Of a DNA stretch of 64,000 nucleotides, positions 40,987 to 53,514 are shown piece by piece (position 1 is the stretch's first letter; each line of letters starts with the position of its first letter). Made by a program: the position numbers and the translations under genes. A model generated the notes under the pieces. That model saw only the letters and a list, made by a program, of their open reading frames with translations. It had not been told where the DNA came from and searched no databases. Origin of the DNA: Octopus vulgaris (taxonomy: Eukaryota); NCBI GenBank assembly GCA_951406725.2, contig OX597816.1, positions 29,264,001 to 29,328,000 on the forward strand, read 5' to 3'.

Positions 40987-41175
40987 GGAGAGTCTACGAA
41001 AAAAGCAAAATACGAAGACAGGTGGTGTACAAAACAAACAGATGTATTAATATAACGCTCAGGAATAGAAAAATTATTTTACGTTTCGAGCCTACGCTCT
41101 TCTACAGAAAGGGACACAGAAAAAAACAAAGAGAGAAACAAGGAGAGTAAAAAATGTGTGTAGTGGCGATCTTCC
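40985..41175 (-). mobile_element. ~190-bp PLE-type terminal repeat (solo) in (TA)n, with minimal hammerhead-like motif at 41077-41110
   Basis: Reverse-complement match to 49510-49705. The minus strand reads TTT-CTGTAGA-A-GAGC-GTAG-GCTC-GAAACGT-A-AAA. Confidence 0.65.
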
Positions 41176-41177
41176 AA

Positions 41178-41275
<98 letters not shown>

Positions 41276-42298
41276 GTGTGTATTATATATACATATACAT
41301 ATACATACACACACACAAACATATATATATATATATATGTATATATAACCTTCACCTGCACATGTCAACATATGGTACATAAATAAACTGGTAGAATCAA
41401 CAACAGTGTCCTATAAATTGGAAAAAAGTGATATTTGACAGAAGTGAAAGACAACCTAAGGGAACTCCTCACATAATATTTTTTAGATTAAAAACTTTCT
41501 GGCAGTTTAGAAATGTGTCAATCTCACGATCTGTAACTGATGTAAATAGAGTAATGCATCCTCTCTAATGACGTTGATATATATCCTAATACAATATATC
41601 GGTACCTGAATGTAAAAAAATACAGATCTGCATATATTGTAGGCAAAATTTAACTTCGTACATGTATGCATGATATTCAGGGAACAGCAGCTGTTGATGT
41701 ATATCAGAATAATAATGATATAGATATTAATAGCAATGATATTAATATTCGAAGCTAAACTTCCAGCCACTACACAAGACAATCATTCACCTAAATTTTC
41801 TTCACATACATAAGGCACATATTTTTCAAAACCAGTTCTAAGAGGCAATTTGATTACTTACTAAAAAAAAAAACCAAAAGAAAAAACCGAAACGAACACG
41901 TTTTTCTGCATTCCCTTTCACATCTCGAAATATAAGTACTCTCTTTTTTCACTTCTTTCAGTGATGCTTTTTAGTTTTCATGTTTTTACTGATATTCAAT
42001 CTCCTTGTCCCAACTACAAATTATTGAATTTCCAAATCATAGGCTCGTTTATTTCTCCTCTGAGACAGTTCAAATTTTTTACCGTAACAGATCTATTACG
42101 AGCATTATGCTACCCTTGGCAAGTTTCATACATGCTGCTTAAAAACTGTTCTCTCAACATGATCAGATACTTTTACTAATTCACCCGGTTATAAAAACCC
42201 GCTGAATTAATATAAACTTTTTGAGGCCTTCCGTACCTCATCCCTCAAGACATCCCAAACTATTTTTTCTGAACGGTCACAATAATTTGAAATAATTC

Positions 42299-42587
42299 AA
42301 CACAGGTTTAGGCGTGGCTGTGTGGTAAAAAGCATGATTCCAAACCACATGGTTCTAGTTTCAGTCCCATTGCGTGGTATTTGGGGGGTCTTCTACTAAA
42401 GCCTCGCGTCGACCAAAGTCTTGTGATTGGAATAGGGAGAAGGAAATTGTAAAAAGCACGTTGAAGAAATCGACCCCAAGACTTATTATTTGTCAGCCTA
42501 TTCTATAGTTACGCCGACAGTAAACACACCAACATCAGCTGTCAAGCAATGGTTCGGGAACAAACACTGACACAAGAACACACCACA

Positions 42588-42643
<56 letters not shown>

Positions 42644-42835
42644 TGTGGTGTGTTCTTGTGTCAGTGTTTGTTCCCGAACCATTGCTTGACAGCTGATGTT
42701 GGTGTGTTTGCTGTCGGCGTAACTATAGAATAGGCTGACAAATAATAAGTCTTGGGGTCGATTTCTTCAACCAAAACCCTTCAAATTGGTGCTCCAGCAT
42801 AGCCATAGTCCAATGACTGAAACAAAGAAAAGAAA
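42299..42835 (+). mobile_element. Diverged SINE family A containing a 312-bp palindrome (42460-42771)
   Basis: The SINE head and tail are recognisable. 42460-42590 is the reverse complement of 42641-42771 (1 mismatch) around (AT)25. Confidence 0.9.
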
Positions 42836-43005
42836 GCATATTCTACTTCAAGAAACCACCACTGACGAAAAGGCTTAAACGCGGATTATTTGGAAATATA
42901 ATACAGTCTATACAGTATCACATTACTTACTCCGACAGCATAAACTCAGATGAACATAAGCCCACATCTACTATAACAAAATCACCAATATCCTCATACA
43001 CAACA

Positions 43006-43390
43006 TGGAAGCACTCCGTCGGTTACGACGACGAGGGTTCCGGTTGATCCGAATCAACGGAACAGCCTGCTCGTGAAATTAATGTGTAAGTGGCTGAGCA
43101 CTCCACAGACACGTGTACCCTTAACGTAGTTCTCGGGGATTTTCAGCGTGACACAGAGAGGGACAAGGCCGGCCCTTTGAAATACAGGTACAACAGAAAC
43201 AGGAAGTAAGAGTGAGAGAAAGTTGTGGTGAAAGAGTACAGCAGGGATCACCACCATCCCCTGCCGGAGCCTCGTGGAGCTTTTAGGTGTTTTCGCTCAA
43301 TAAACACTCACAACGCCCGGTCTGGGAATCGAAACCGCGATCCTATGACCGCGAGACCACTGCCCTAACCACTGGGCCATTGCGCCTCCA
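43006..43390 (-). mobile_element. SINE family C, tail type 1, full length with TSD
   Basis: tRNA-like head TGGAGGCGCAATGGCCCAGTGGTTAGGGCAG..GGTTTCGATTCCC and tail ..GTCGTAACCGACGGAGTGCTTCCA. TSD CATACACAACA at 42995-43005 and 43391-43401. Confidence 0.92.
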
Positions 43391-44347
43391 CATACACAAC
43401 ATATCATGATCCCGAAGTCAAACAACACAGATTTGAAGAGATCTCTTTTTTATGCAGAGGATTAACATATCAAACTGAATGACTCAACTCCAAATCAAAG
43501 CATGTTATTGCAAATTCCATATGTTACATCCTTAACCGCTTCCGCAAACGGTCTCATCTACAAAATTACAAAGCTTAAACTGTATTTTCTCTACAACCTA
43601 CAAGTAACCACGATATTTTCTAAATTATCTCAATCCCAAAACCCTTCTTAACAATAAAAATAAGACCAAACGAACTTATGAAGGGAAACAAATACATTGT
43701 TCGCATCCGGGACATCTACTATTATTTTGAGAGTAAGCGCTTTGATCACAATTAATAATATATTAATATCGCAGGCAATGTGTCTTCCTGTTTGAAAAAT
43801 TCATAAATATTAAATACACTGGCATTTGTTAGTCTAGAAAAGTTCCAACTAAAACTGGTTTCATTTTCACCAATATCAACAGTAAAATTCCATCTGTCAG
43901 CCCTCTCACCAAGACATATAAATTAAACCTAGACATAAGATTATTCTTAGTGTCTCCAACAAAGGGAGAACGTTATGCAAAACTCTCTCTCCCCTCTTTA
44001 AATCCACATTACTAACTCTCTTAAATTATGCCTTGAACTTATCGGGTTATCCCAAAATTGCACAAGCTCGATTTCAGTACATTCAAACAGTTATGGTTTA
44101 GCCTTGACGTGCACTGCGTCCCCCACTCCAATCTCACTGTTTCCCTGTCTCTTTGCTAAACTCTTCCCCACCTCTCTACACAAAGTACTTCGTTTTCTAA
44201 CATGCAACAATATAAACGACTTAAATACTTGTTCCTACATCATCCGTTCCAGCCAAATGTCCCCAAACGTCTATCAACAATCCAAAATCAAGGACCTCGC
44301 ATAAAATCAACATACCTCAAGCTTACACTTGTAAGATATATACATAT

Positions 44348-44436
<89 letters not shown>

Positions 44437-44439
<3 letters not shown>

Positions 44440-45680
44440 CGGTTGGACAAAGTAATTGAAACATTATAGCATCATCATTTCGAAATATCTATAAGACCCT
44501 CAAAAGCTTGTTAATTTTTATGTTTTTTTGATTTATTATTAGTGTTGCTGAATATGTTTTGCGAAAGTGTTGCTTCTTTGCAGAAAAAGGTTATTAAAAT
44601 TCATTAAAATGACAGTTTTATCGGACTTTCAAAGAGATCAAATTGTTAGTGCTCTTATGGAAGGGGCTAGTGTACCGAAAACAGCCGAAATATTTCGTTT
44701 ATCAAAAAGTACTGTCTCCAAATTAATGATAGACTTTGAAAAAAACGGAAAACCTCTTCGTCGAAATAAATCTCCGGAAGAACACCGGAACATTCAGATA
44801 AGGACCCTAGGGCTGTTACACGAATTGTCAGAAAGATCACAAAAAAATCAGCTTTCAAAATTTCTGCGGAGCTTAATGACCACCTCGAGAACACAGTGTC
44901 TACACAAACTGTTCACCGGGGGCTTCACAAAGTCGGATTTCACTTGAGGGCTGCAATCAGAAAACCACTGCTTTCAAAAACAAACGTTGCAAAGCGTCTA
45001 CAGTGGAGTAAAAACCTACAGAATGGATCCCTAGAGCAGTGGAAGTATGTTTTTTCTCGGACGAGTCATCCTTTACCTTATTTCCGACCGCATGCCGAGT
45101 ATTTCTATGGAGACAGCCAAAATATGCATTTGATCCAGACGGCCTTCTTCCAACTATTAAGCATGGAGGAGGATCTGTGATGATCTTGGAGGCTACATGT
45201 TGGAAATCCGCCGGTCCAATGGTTTCCTTTCATGGCAGAATTACAAGTCAAGACTATTTAAGTATTTTATCTGATCAAGTTCATCCTATGGTTGCGGAAC
45301 TGTTTGCGGAGGGAAACGCAATCTTTCAGGATGATAGTGCACCAATTCACACAGCTAAATTTGTTACTGAATGGCACGAGGTCCGTTCTAGTGAAGTTGA
45401 ACTTATTATCTGGCCACCACAGTCCCCAGATCTCAATATTATAGAACATTTATGGTGCATTTTTGAAAAACAAGTAACGAGTCAATATCCTCTACCATCA
45501 TCACTATAAGAACTGGAGACTATTTTAGCTGAAGAATGGAAAAGATTTGCTTTGGAAACAATTCAAAGTTTGTACGAGTCCATACTTCGTAGAGTTCAAG
45601 CTGTAATTACTGCCAAGGGCTGTCTGAAATAGATTATTTTTGAAATTTTAGAGTGTTTCCATTCTTTTGTGCAACTCCTG
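44437..45680 (+). mobile_element. Tc1/mariner-superfamily DNA transposon, near full length, DD36E spacing (Incomer-like), transposase pseudogenised
   Basis: TA plus ~29-bp degenerate TIRs (CAGCGGTTGGACAAAGTAATTGAAACA / TGTTTCCATTCTTTTGTGCAACTCCTG). ATG at 44609; frameshifted ORF pieces with LSDFQRDQIV, AAIRKPLL, FFSDES, FQDDSAPIH and WPPQSPDLNIIEHLW. Confidence 0.92.
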
Positions 45681-46591
45681 TGCACACACACATACACACA
45701 CACACACACACTCACACACACATATATATATAGAAAGAGAGTGAGAGAGAGAAAGTGAGAGAGAGAGCGTCGGGGTCTGATGAAGCTACCTATTTCCACT
45801 TATTGACCAAATCGTAAGTATAGTAGGACCCAATATGTCAAGCTGTTGCATTACGAAGCGAAATCTTTCAACTTATATCTAGTTTAGGCATATTAATTTA
45901 ATATCAACTACTTTATATTTAACATAAATGCATGTTAAATATATCAGATCAGTTGATTATGTCCTATTCCACATAAAACGAGACTTCTAAATATGGTTAT
46001 AAAGATCGAAATCCAGACACCAATAGCTCATGTTTCAAACACGAACACAGAAAATATTAATTCTAATATATTGCATGTTGGAAATTCTTTAGTTTTCACA
46101 ATAATTATATTCAGCAGAAGTGCTTAGGGGACACTGTCTAGAAATAAAATTTACGTAAAAGAAACATTATAAATGTATAGATAACAGTAACGTCGCAATA
46201 AATCTATTTACATAAATAAAGAGATAAAATATTTGAGAATCTAAAACTTGACCTCTAATATAATTTATTCTAACATGATATAATATTATTCAATTTACGT
46301 ATTACTATTTGGTGCATAATAATATGCTGGGGATTCTTAAAAGTATACGATTTAAAATATAGAATATAGTGGAGAGGTTTGGGTGATTATATCTCATCGA
46401 GTTGTATATGACACTTTATTTTATCGATCAGAAGAAAAAAGGCAACATTTTCCTTGAGATGTTGTAAGGAACCTTTATCGACGCCCCAGCGATTCTTTCA
46501 GTCCTTCCCTCTTGAGACTCTAATATTAATAACAACTTGCAAAGTGAGAAAATAATCCTCTATTTTCATTAATAATATTTTATAATAAAAA

Positions 46592-46834
46592 AATAAATGC
46601 GCCCTTTTAAAGCTCAGCAAGACCCATGGGCCCGGTTCCCCCGTTTCAATGGCGTATGTGTTCCCCAGCTCGACGGGACGCAGCGTTACTCATTTTTGCC
46701 AGCTGAGTGGACAGGAGCAACGTGAAATGAAGTGTTTTGCTCAAGAACACAACGCGTCGCCCGGTCCAGGAATAGAAACCACAATCTTACAATCATGATG
46801 CTGACACACTAACCACTAAACCACGCGCCTCCAC
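46592..46834 (-). mobile_element. SINE family D
   Basis: Minus strand GGAGGCGCGTGGTTTAGTGGTTAGTGTGTC..GGTTTCTATTCCTGGACCGGGCGACGCGTTGTGTTCTTGAGCAAAACACTTCATTTCACGTTGCTCC, with a (TTTA)n-like tail. Confidence 0.8.
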
Positions 46835-47000
46835 AATAATATACGTTTATATAAATTAGAATAAATGTAATTTGTAGTTTAAGTTTTAATAACATACTTT
46901 TATACATTTACTAGTACTAAACATATGTAGCTTGACCCAGTCTTCAGTTCTTGTCAAAGTATCCAACTATATTATATGAATGTATGTATACATAATTTAT

Positions 47001-47360
47001 GCGGGATCTAACCAGTTTCACTCACAAAATCTGCATTTTTAAAATAAAGCAAACATTTTGAAAATTGATCTTTTGTGTGTTATGTAGTATTCGAGTTGGA
47101 TACCAAAGTATAAATTTCACAGGGTAGAACCTTAAAGTTGATGCCGCGACAGCGCGGAAAATGTCTGTCTCATTATTGACTAAAAATAGGCATTTGTTTC
47201 TCAATTTTTAAACGTCTCCAACTATTTCGTCAAACCTTTTCTCCAGACGTTGAAAGCTTCACAGGAATACGCGTGGAAGACTGCATTAATATGACCAATT
47301 TTTAGATTTCTTCCTTTTAAAAAGTGCAGATTTTGTGAATGAAACAAACTAGATCTTCGC
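47001..47360. mobile_element. MITE with ~45-bp imperfect TIRs; a partial second copy follows at ~47500-47745
   Basis: GCGGGATCTA..TTTCACTCACAAAATCTGCATTTTTAAAA pairs with TTTTAAAAAGTGCAGATTTTGTGAATGAAA..TAGATCTTCGC. The internal CACAGGGTAGAA..TTATTG.CTAAAAATAG..AACGTCT..TTCGTCAA segment recurs at 47503-47626. Confidence 0.7.
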
Positions 47361-49069
47361 TGCTCGTGCGGATGCACTTATAAAAATTTACCCTAACATA
47401 TACAGACAAATACTTTAATATTACAAAAAAATTAAATAAACATAAAACTTGACATTATAAAATGTTTACATCTTTATTTAGAAGCCTACAGTGAGCAGGT
47501 CACACAGGGTAGAAACTTACACGGGGTACAACCTTAATGATGACACCGTTGGCTACAGCGAAAGTTTATTATTGGCTAAAAATAGACAGTTTTTCGATTT
47601 TTGAACGTCTGTAACTTTTTCGTCAATTTTTTTTTACAATAAATACTTTTGTTCAAGTGAATATGAAATGGATGTTCAATTTGACAAACCTAAAAGTTTT
47701 TACTTCATTTTAAATGAGGACTGATTTTCTATACTAACTAGATCCAAGTACAATGAATACCATACTCCAAAAGTTGTTACTTATCAGAAGTACATATGTA
47801 TTTCAATAAGTGCTACCAAATACACTCTCTTGAGCAGAGAAAATCCTCTTCATGGGTAACAATAACTTATATGTCAGATTGTTGCACAATTTCTGTCCGT
47901 TTTTGATAAGGGAAATCGGAAGGTTTGAAATGATTTCATCGGCATTTACTCGTACCAAAGAGCACTCTTTCGATAGACAGCACGCTGATTTCATAAGTGT
48001 CACATGGTGGAAATGAATGCAATTACCAAAGGTTCCTTCATAATACCATTTATTATTTCGTTTTTGCCTGTTTATTGTTTGCATTTCAATTTTTACATTT
48101 GTACTCCTGATATTTGATAAAGGTATTTGATGATATATATATGGAAGTTTATGTATATAATTCTAACCTAGTACGAAATACATTTCTGCACATGCACCCG
48201 GTGTGTTTGTATATAAGATTATCCTTGACTCCACTTCCAGATTCGATGACTGCTTCAATGCGTACCGTCTTCGTTTACATACCAACACTAAATACTTCTC
48301 ATTCATTTCTGATATTTACCGGGTATTGGCGATTTCCAGTGAAGTTATTTTGTGTGAAGATGCGTATTAGTTTCTCGTTCAAAAACACTCCAAACATAGT
48401 ATTCCGTGGTATTTCATACTGGTGAATCAAAAACTGAATGACTATCTAACATCCCTACTTGGGTCACTAAGTCGATACCAAGACTTCGTATCCTACAATC
48501 ATTCGATACTTGAACAAAGGACACAGGAGCAAGGAAAGCTTCAGATTTGCGAAGGTTTCGCCTGCATTATACCTTCCTTCCATGACCAGTTGTAGACGCA
48601 GCAATTTTCATTGTTGCACACACATGCGATACGCACCAGCTGCAACAAACATTCTATCGTACGTTTAAGGCTCCATAAAGCCCAGTCCTTGGTAAAACCT
48701 GCATAAATAATATAATCGCAGCAAATGTTGACGAGAAACGAGTGTCTCTCACGATATGTTTCTAACTACCAAATTGGTACCATTTATAAACATGGATGAG
48801 ATTTTAAACATGGCAGCTGCAAGGGTGCGTAAACTTCTTCTGTGACGAGTTACACGCACGTAAATGCACATACAAGTGCATAGCATATGCATATTTGTGT
48901 GTGTGTTTCTGTATACATATATATATATATATAAACTTTATTCAGTAGAAGTGGACATGCTAGTGTTACTCATTTTTAACATACCAGGGTACAACTATCA
49001 CTCTCACCTTGCAATCTTTGTACATATATGCATATCCCTCTCTGTCTATTTATTTATCTATCTATTAAT

Positions 49070-49132
<63 letters not shown>

Positions 49133-49135
<3 letters not shown>

Positions 49136-49436
49136 AGGCGCAATGGCCCAGTGGTTAGGGCAGCGGACTCGCGGTCGTTGGATCGCGGTTTCGATTCCCA
49201 GACCAGGCGTTGTGAGTGTTTATTGAGCGAAAACACCTAAAGCTCCATGAGGCTCCGGCAGGGGATGGTGGCGATCCCTGCTGTACTCTTCCGCTACAAC
49301 TTTCTCTCACTCTTTCTTCTGTTGGCCTGCTTGCTTAGCCAGCGGGGTGGCGTCATTTGAAGGCTAAAACAATGCGAAACGCATTGTGACCAGCGATGTG
49401 TAGCAACATCTGATAGCCTGGTCGGTCACGGTGATC
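49133..49436 (+). mobile_element. SINE family C, tail type 2
   Basis: Head and body match 58567-58752 up to ..CTCTCACTCTTTCTTC (~49319), then an unrelated tail shared with 19098-19217. Lies between (TG)n and (TA)n. Confidence 0.9.
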
Positions 49437-49440
49437 ACTA

Positions 49441-49508
<68 letters not shown>

Positions 49509-49509
49509 C

Positions 49510-49705
49510 ACTAGTCGCCATGATAGATCGTTAGCCACAACACACATTTTTTTCTCTCTTTGTTTTTTTTGTGTCCTTTTCTGTAGAAGAGCGTAGGCTC
49601 GAAACGTAAAAGACTTTTTCTATTGCTGAGCGTTATACTAATACATCTGTTTATTTTGTACACCACCTGTCTTCGTCTTTTGTTTTATTCGTAAACTCTC
49701 CCTAT
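49510..49705 (+). mobile_element. ~190-bp PLE-type terminal repeat (solo) in (TA)n, with minimal hammerhead-like motif at 49577-49612
   Basis: TTTT-CTGTAGA-A-GAGC-GTAG-GCTC-GAAACGT-A-AAAG; second copy at 40985-41175. Confidence 0.65.
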
Positions 49706-49713
49706 ATATATAC

Positions 49714-49744
<31 letters not shown>

Positions 49745-50109
49745 CATATATATATGTTTGTCAGTATATGTGTGATGCATGGCCAGGTGGTTATGGTGCT
49801 GCATTTACAATCGAAAGATTATGGATCCTGTCCTTGAACACTTTGTGTCATTTTGTTCAGAGGGAAAGCACTTTACTTTACGTGACTTTGCGATCACTTC
49901 GGCATTCGAGGAGTGATACACTGTGTACATGCTCTACATGCTAATATATCACATATATTTAGTCACTATAAACAAAAGTTGGTGCAGCCTTTTGAGCAAG
50001 AAGTTGCAGAAGCCTCTTTTTCGGACTACAAGAAACAAAAATGTGTGTGTGTTTTAAGCATGTTGTTCTCATCTCAGAAGCTTCGTTGTCTGTAAAATTT
50101 TTCATTAGT

Positions 50110-50495
50110 ATGAGCGTGCATGTGTAACTCTGATAAGATTGCTACCCGACAACATGGGTTCGGGTTCAGCTCTACTATGTGGGAGTTTGGGTTAGTGTCT
50201 CCTACTATAGACTGGGGCCGACCAAAGGCTTCTGATTCGATCTCGTAGATGGGAAATGAAAGCTAAAAGATCATGTATACACGTAGATATCTGTCTGTGC
50301 GCTCTGCGCAAGTGTCTTCCCCCTACCTATTGATGACGCGCGTTGCTTTGTTTACGTCACCGTGACTTAATGGTTCTCAAACTGGCCGATAATAGCAATC
50401 TCATGGAGTTGATCCGTGCGGCTAAATTTCTCCATGGCTGTGCCGCAGCCTGGCCGTGATTAAATGACTGAACAAGTAAAAGACAAGCGATAAAA
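50110..50495 (+). mobile_element. SINE family A, strongly diverged
   Basis: CGGGTTCAG..CTACTATAG..GGGCCGACCAAAGGC..TGTTTACGTCACCGTGACTTA..AAATGACTGAACAAGTAAAAGA. Confidence 0.65.
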
Positions 50496-51393
50496 TATAT
50501 ATATACATATTATCCATTAATTTTGAAAACTCGTTTTACTACATCGTCTATCCTTAGTTCACATTCTTTATTATCATGAATTACTTCAGGAAGATATAGA
50601 TCTAGAAACTAGCTAATTAAATTAATAGCTTTGAAATATTTCTTTATTGTGATACAGTGCTTACTTTCTGCTTTGAAATTTTCTCTGAGCGGACACTGTC
50701 TTTAGTTCTCGAAATGTTATAAATTAAGTATAGGTCAAGGCAGAAATAAAACCACTGCGTTACTTGTCCTCACTAATTTCTTAAAAGGCTATAAATATTT
50801 ACTGAAATCAAACTGTACTGCCATGAGATATGAAGGCTTGTTAATTGAATATATATTAACGAAAAGATGTTGTGACAACGTCAGTAATATGAATGATCAT
50901 AGACGTACGTGGTCTGTGATCTACCTGTGGTGAATGCAGATTATACACGACGGTTATATATTGTTATATATTGTTATATATTTCATTCACCTAGTATGAT
51001 AAGTCTACGTATTTCACTTATCTACGCCTTTTACACGTTATCCACAATTATATCTACTAGCAAATCTACCCATCTATCACGGATGCATAAAATGAGGGAG
51101 GGACGTCATAACAGCAGTATGTATTGAGAAATGTGTATATGGACTTGATAGATTACTGGGTGTTGTCTCAGAGAAATTACATTATTGTCGGTGATACAGC
51201 GTTCTATTGCAGCTATATGACACGTGTTTGCGACTAAGTGACGTGTTATGACGATTCACTCCCGAACTGAAATAGACTCCCCGCATCTGTATTATGAATA
51301 GTTATGTGGACCACTCTAAGACATCTGTGGGTATACAACATACACATATGCATGCATATGCAAACACACACATATGCATACATATATATTTTT

Positions 51394-51622
51394 TTTCTTT
51401 ACTACCCACAAGGGGTTAAACACAGAGGAGACAAACAAGGACAGACAAAGGGATTAAGTCAATTACATAGACCCCAGTACGTAACTGGTACTCAATTTAT
51501 CGACCCCGGAAGGATGAAAGGCAAAGTCGACCTCGGCGGAATTTGAACTCGGAACGTAACGGCAGACGAAATACGGTAACGCATTTCGCCCGGCGTTCTA
51601 ACGGTTCTGCCAGCTCGCCGCC
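51394..51622 (-). mobile_element. SINE family B, well preserved, with a different tail from the 13178 copy
   Basis: Minus strand GGCGGCGAGCTGGCAGAACCG..GAGTTCAAATTCCGCCGAGGTCGACTTTGCCTTTCATCCTTCCGGGGTCGATAAATTGAGTACCAG..CCCCTTGTGGGTAGTAAAGAAA. Confidence 0.88.
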
Positions 51623-51864
51623 TACATATGCAAACACACACATATATTTGTTTGTATATATGCGCGTATATCTGTGTGCGTATGAGTGTGTGTGTGTTTA
51701 TTTGTGTTTGTGTTTGTGTCTGTGTATGTATATGCATAGCTGTATGTAATAGACTGTGGGAATAATTTGCATATACGCAGAAGTTTCATACCCACGTCGC
51801 CTAATTGATTATGAGATCTATCCTTGTCTCCCATTCTATCAAAAATGAGTTACCATATAAAGAT

Positions 51865-52283
51865 CTCTCTTTTACTCTCTCTCTCTCTCTCTCTCTCTTT
51901 TACTTGTTTCAGTTATTTGACTGCGGCCATGCTAGAACACCGCCTTTAGTCGAGCAACTCGACCCCGGGACTTATTCTTCGTAAGCCCAGTACTTATTCT
52001 ATCGGTCTCTTTTGCCGAACCGCTAAGTGACGGGGACATAAACACACCAGCATCGGTTGTCAAGCAATGCTAGGGTGACAAACACAGACACACAAACATA
52101 CACGCACACACACATATATATATACATATATACGACGGGCTTCTTTCAGTTTCCGTCTACCAAATCCACTCACAAGGCTTTGGTCGACCCGAGGCTATAG
52201 TAGAAGACACTTGCCCAGGGACTGAACCTGGAACCATGTGGTTGGTTAGCAAGCTACTTACCACACAGCCACTCCTGCACCTA
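51865..52283 (-). mobile_element. SINE family A, near full length (small deletion in the 5' part)
   Basis: Close match to 5389-5852. Confidence 0.9.
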
Positions 52284-52357
52284 TACAATTTTAAAAGACC
52301 AACTTCATTTACACACCCTCACTATTCAGAACGATACTTTATCTTACTGACCGCTTA

Positions 52358-53227
52358 CGGTTCTTTGGCGAACAAATAAAAAATGTCTCATCAAACAAAC
52401 CTTCGGTCACTTAAGCCGTGTGACAAGGAACCACTGGAGAAAATTCGAAGGAATCTTTTCTGCAATATGAACACATATTTATCTGAGTATATGTTCCCAT
52501 CACACTCCACTAGCTCTAGTCATCCATTGCTCCAAATTGCTCCCCAAACCATCACAGAGTAGCTGCTGCGTTTGATTGTTGGCTGCAATCTGTTCACATC
52601 AAATTCTTGATGGCGGTGTCTCCAGACCCTGACTGGACAACTGTCAGGAAATATAATAAATCTGAACTCATCAGAGAATATGACAGTGTCCCAAAATATT
52701 ACTGGTCTCTCCGCTATGTCATTGGCCCAATCTTTTCTCTACTTAATGTTGGGTGGTCGAAGAAGTAGCTTCCTCCTTGCTGCTCTGCGATAGTAACCAA
52801 ATTTGTAGAGATACCTTACAGCTGTTCTGGGACTGACATCAACTTGTTCTGCTATGTTAGAGGCCATGCAATGAGGATTATCCCTCACACTTCTCTTAGC
52901 AAAGAGAAGGGTCCTGTCAAAGGGGACTGGTTGATCTGGGCGCAGTGATATGGACTCCTTCCCCTCTCTGGTGAACTGCACAAACACTCTATTAAGGTTT
53001 TCTGTGATATTGTGCTGACTATGTCCGCCTTCAAAATGACCCACAATACGGCCTCTTTGAACGCCAGACAGTTCCAAAGCTTCTTTTGTACATGGCATGA
53101 TTAAACAGTCGCATATAGAACCTGAAATATAAAAATGTCAGACAATAAGTAATATAAAACTTTACAAGATAGAATAAGCATAAAAGGATGTTTTATGGCC
53201 TGTTTATTTGCTTCCGCCATGACTGTG
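52358..53227 (-). mobile_element. Tc1-family transposon, internally deleted/truncated
   Basis: ATG at 53098; ELSGVQRGRIVG, RAARRKLLL, WDTVIFSDEFRF, LQPTIK, SVMVWGAI. The second D and the E regions are missing. Probable TIR CAGTCATGGCGGAAGCAAATAAA at the right end; the left TIR is tentative. Confidence 0.8.
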
Positions 53228-53418
53228 TACATTTTCAAATATATTCATATGTGCATATATATATATATATATATATGTTTAGAATGACAGCTACGCAAAT
53301 TTTATAAACAAAACATACAAAGCAGATGTTTCATGAATTGAACAGTTACTACCATCCACCGCGGGTAATTTTCGGGGATGATCATCATTCAACATACTAT
53401 TGTCATGGCAATCCCGCA

Positions 53419-53514
53419 TTCTTCTTCTTCTTCTTCTTCTTCTTCTTCTTCTTCTTCTTCTTCTTCTTCTTCTTCTTCTTCTTCTTCTTCTTCTTCTTCT
53501 TCTTCTTCTTCTTC
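53419..53514. repeat. (TTC)n microsatellite
   Basis: Pure run, direct reading. Confidence 0.95.

Noticed and set aside
43430-44330. Possible decayed LINE fragments here and at ~6520-6950, ~24650-25200, ~38600-39000 and ~54130-54580
   Set aside because: Only faint motif resemblance; not supportable without a profile search.
40985-49705. Nested inverted arrangement (terminal repeat and SINE C on each side of the Tc1 element) as one composite element
   Set aside because: Each piece has its own insertion context (TSD or microsatellite), the intervening sequences are unrelated and the SINE tails differ; probably coincidence.
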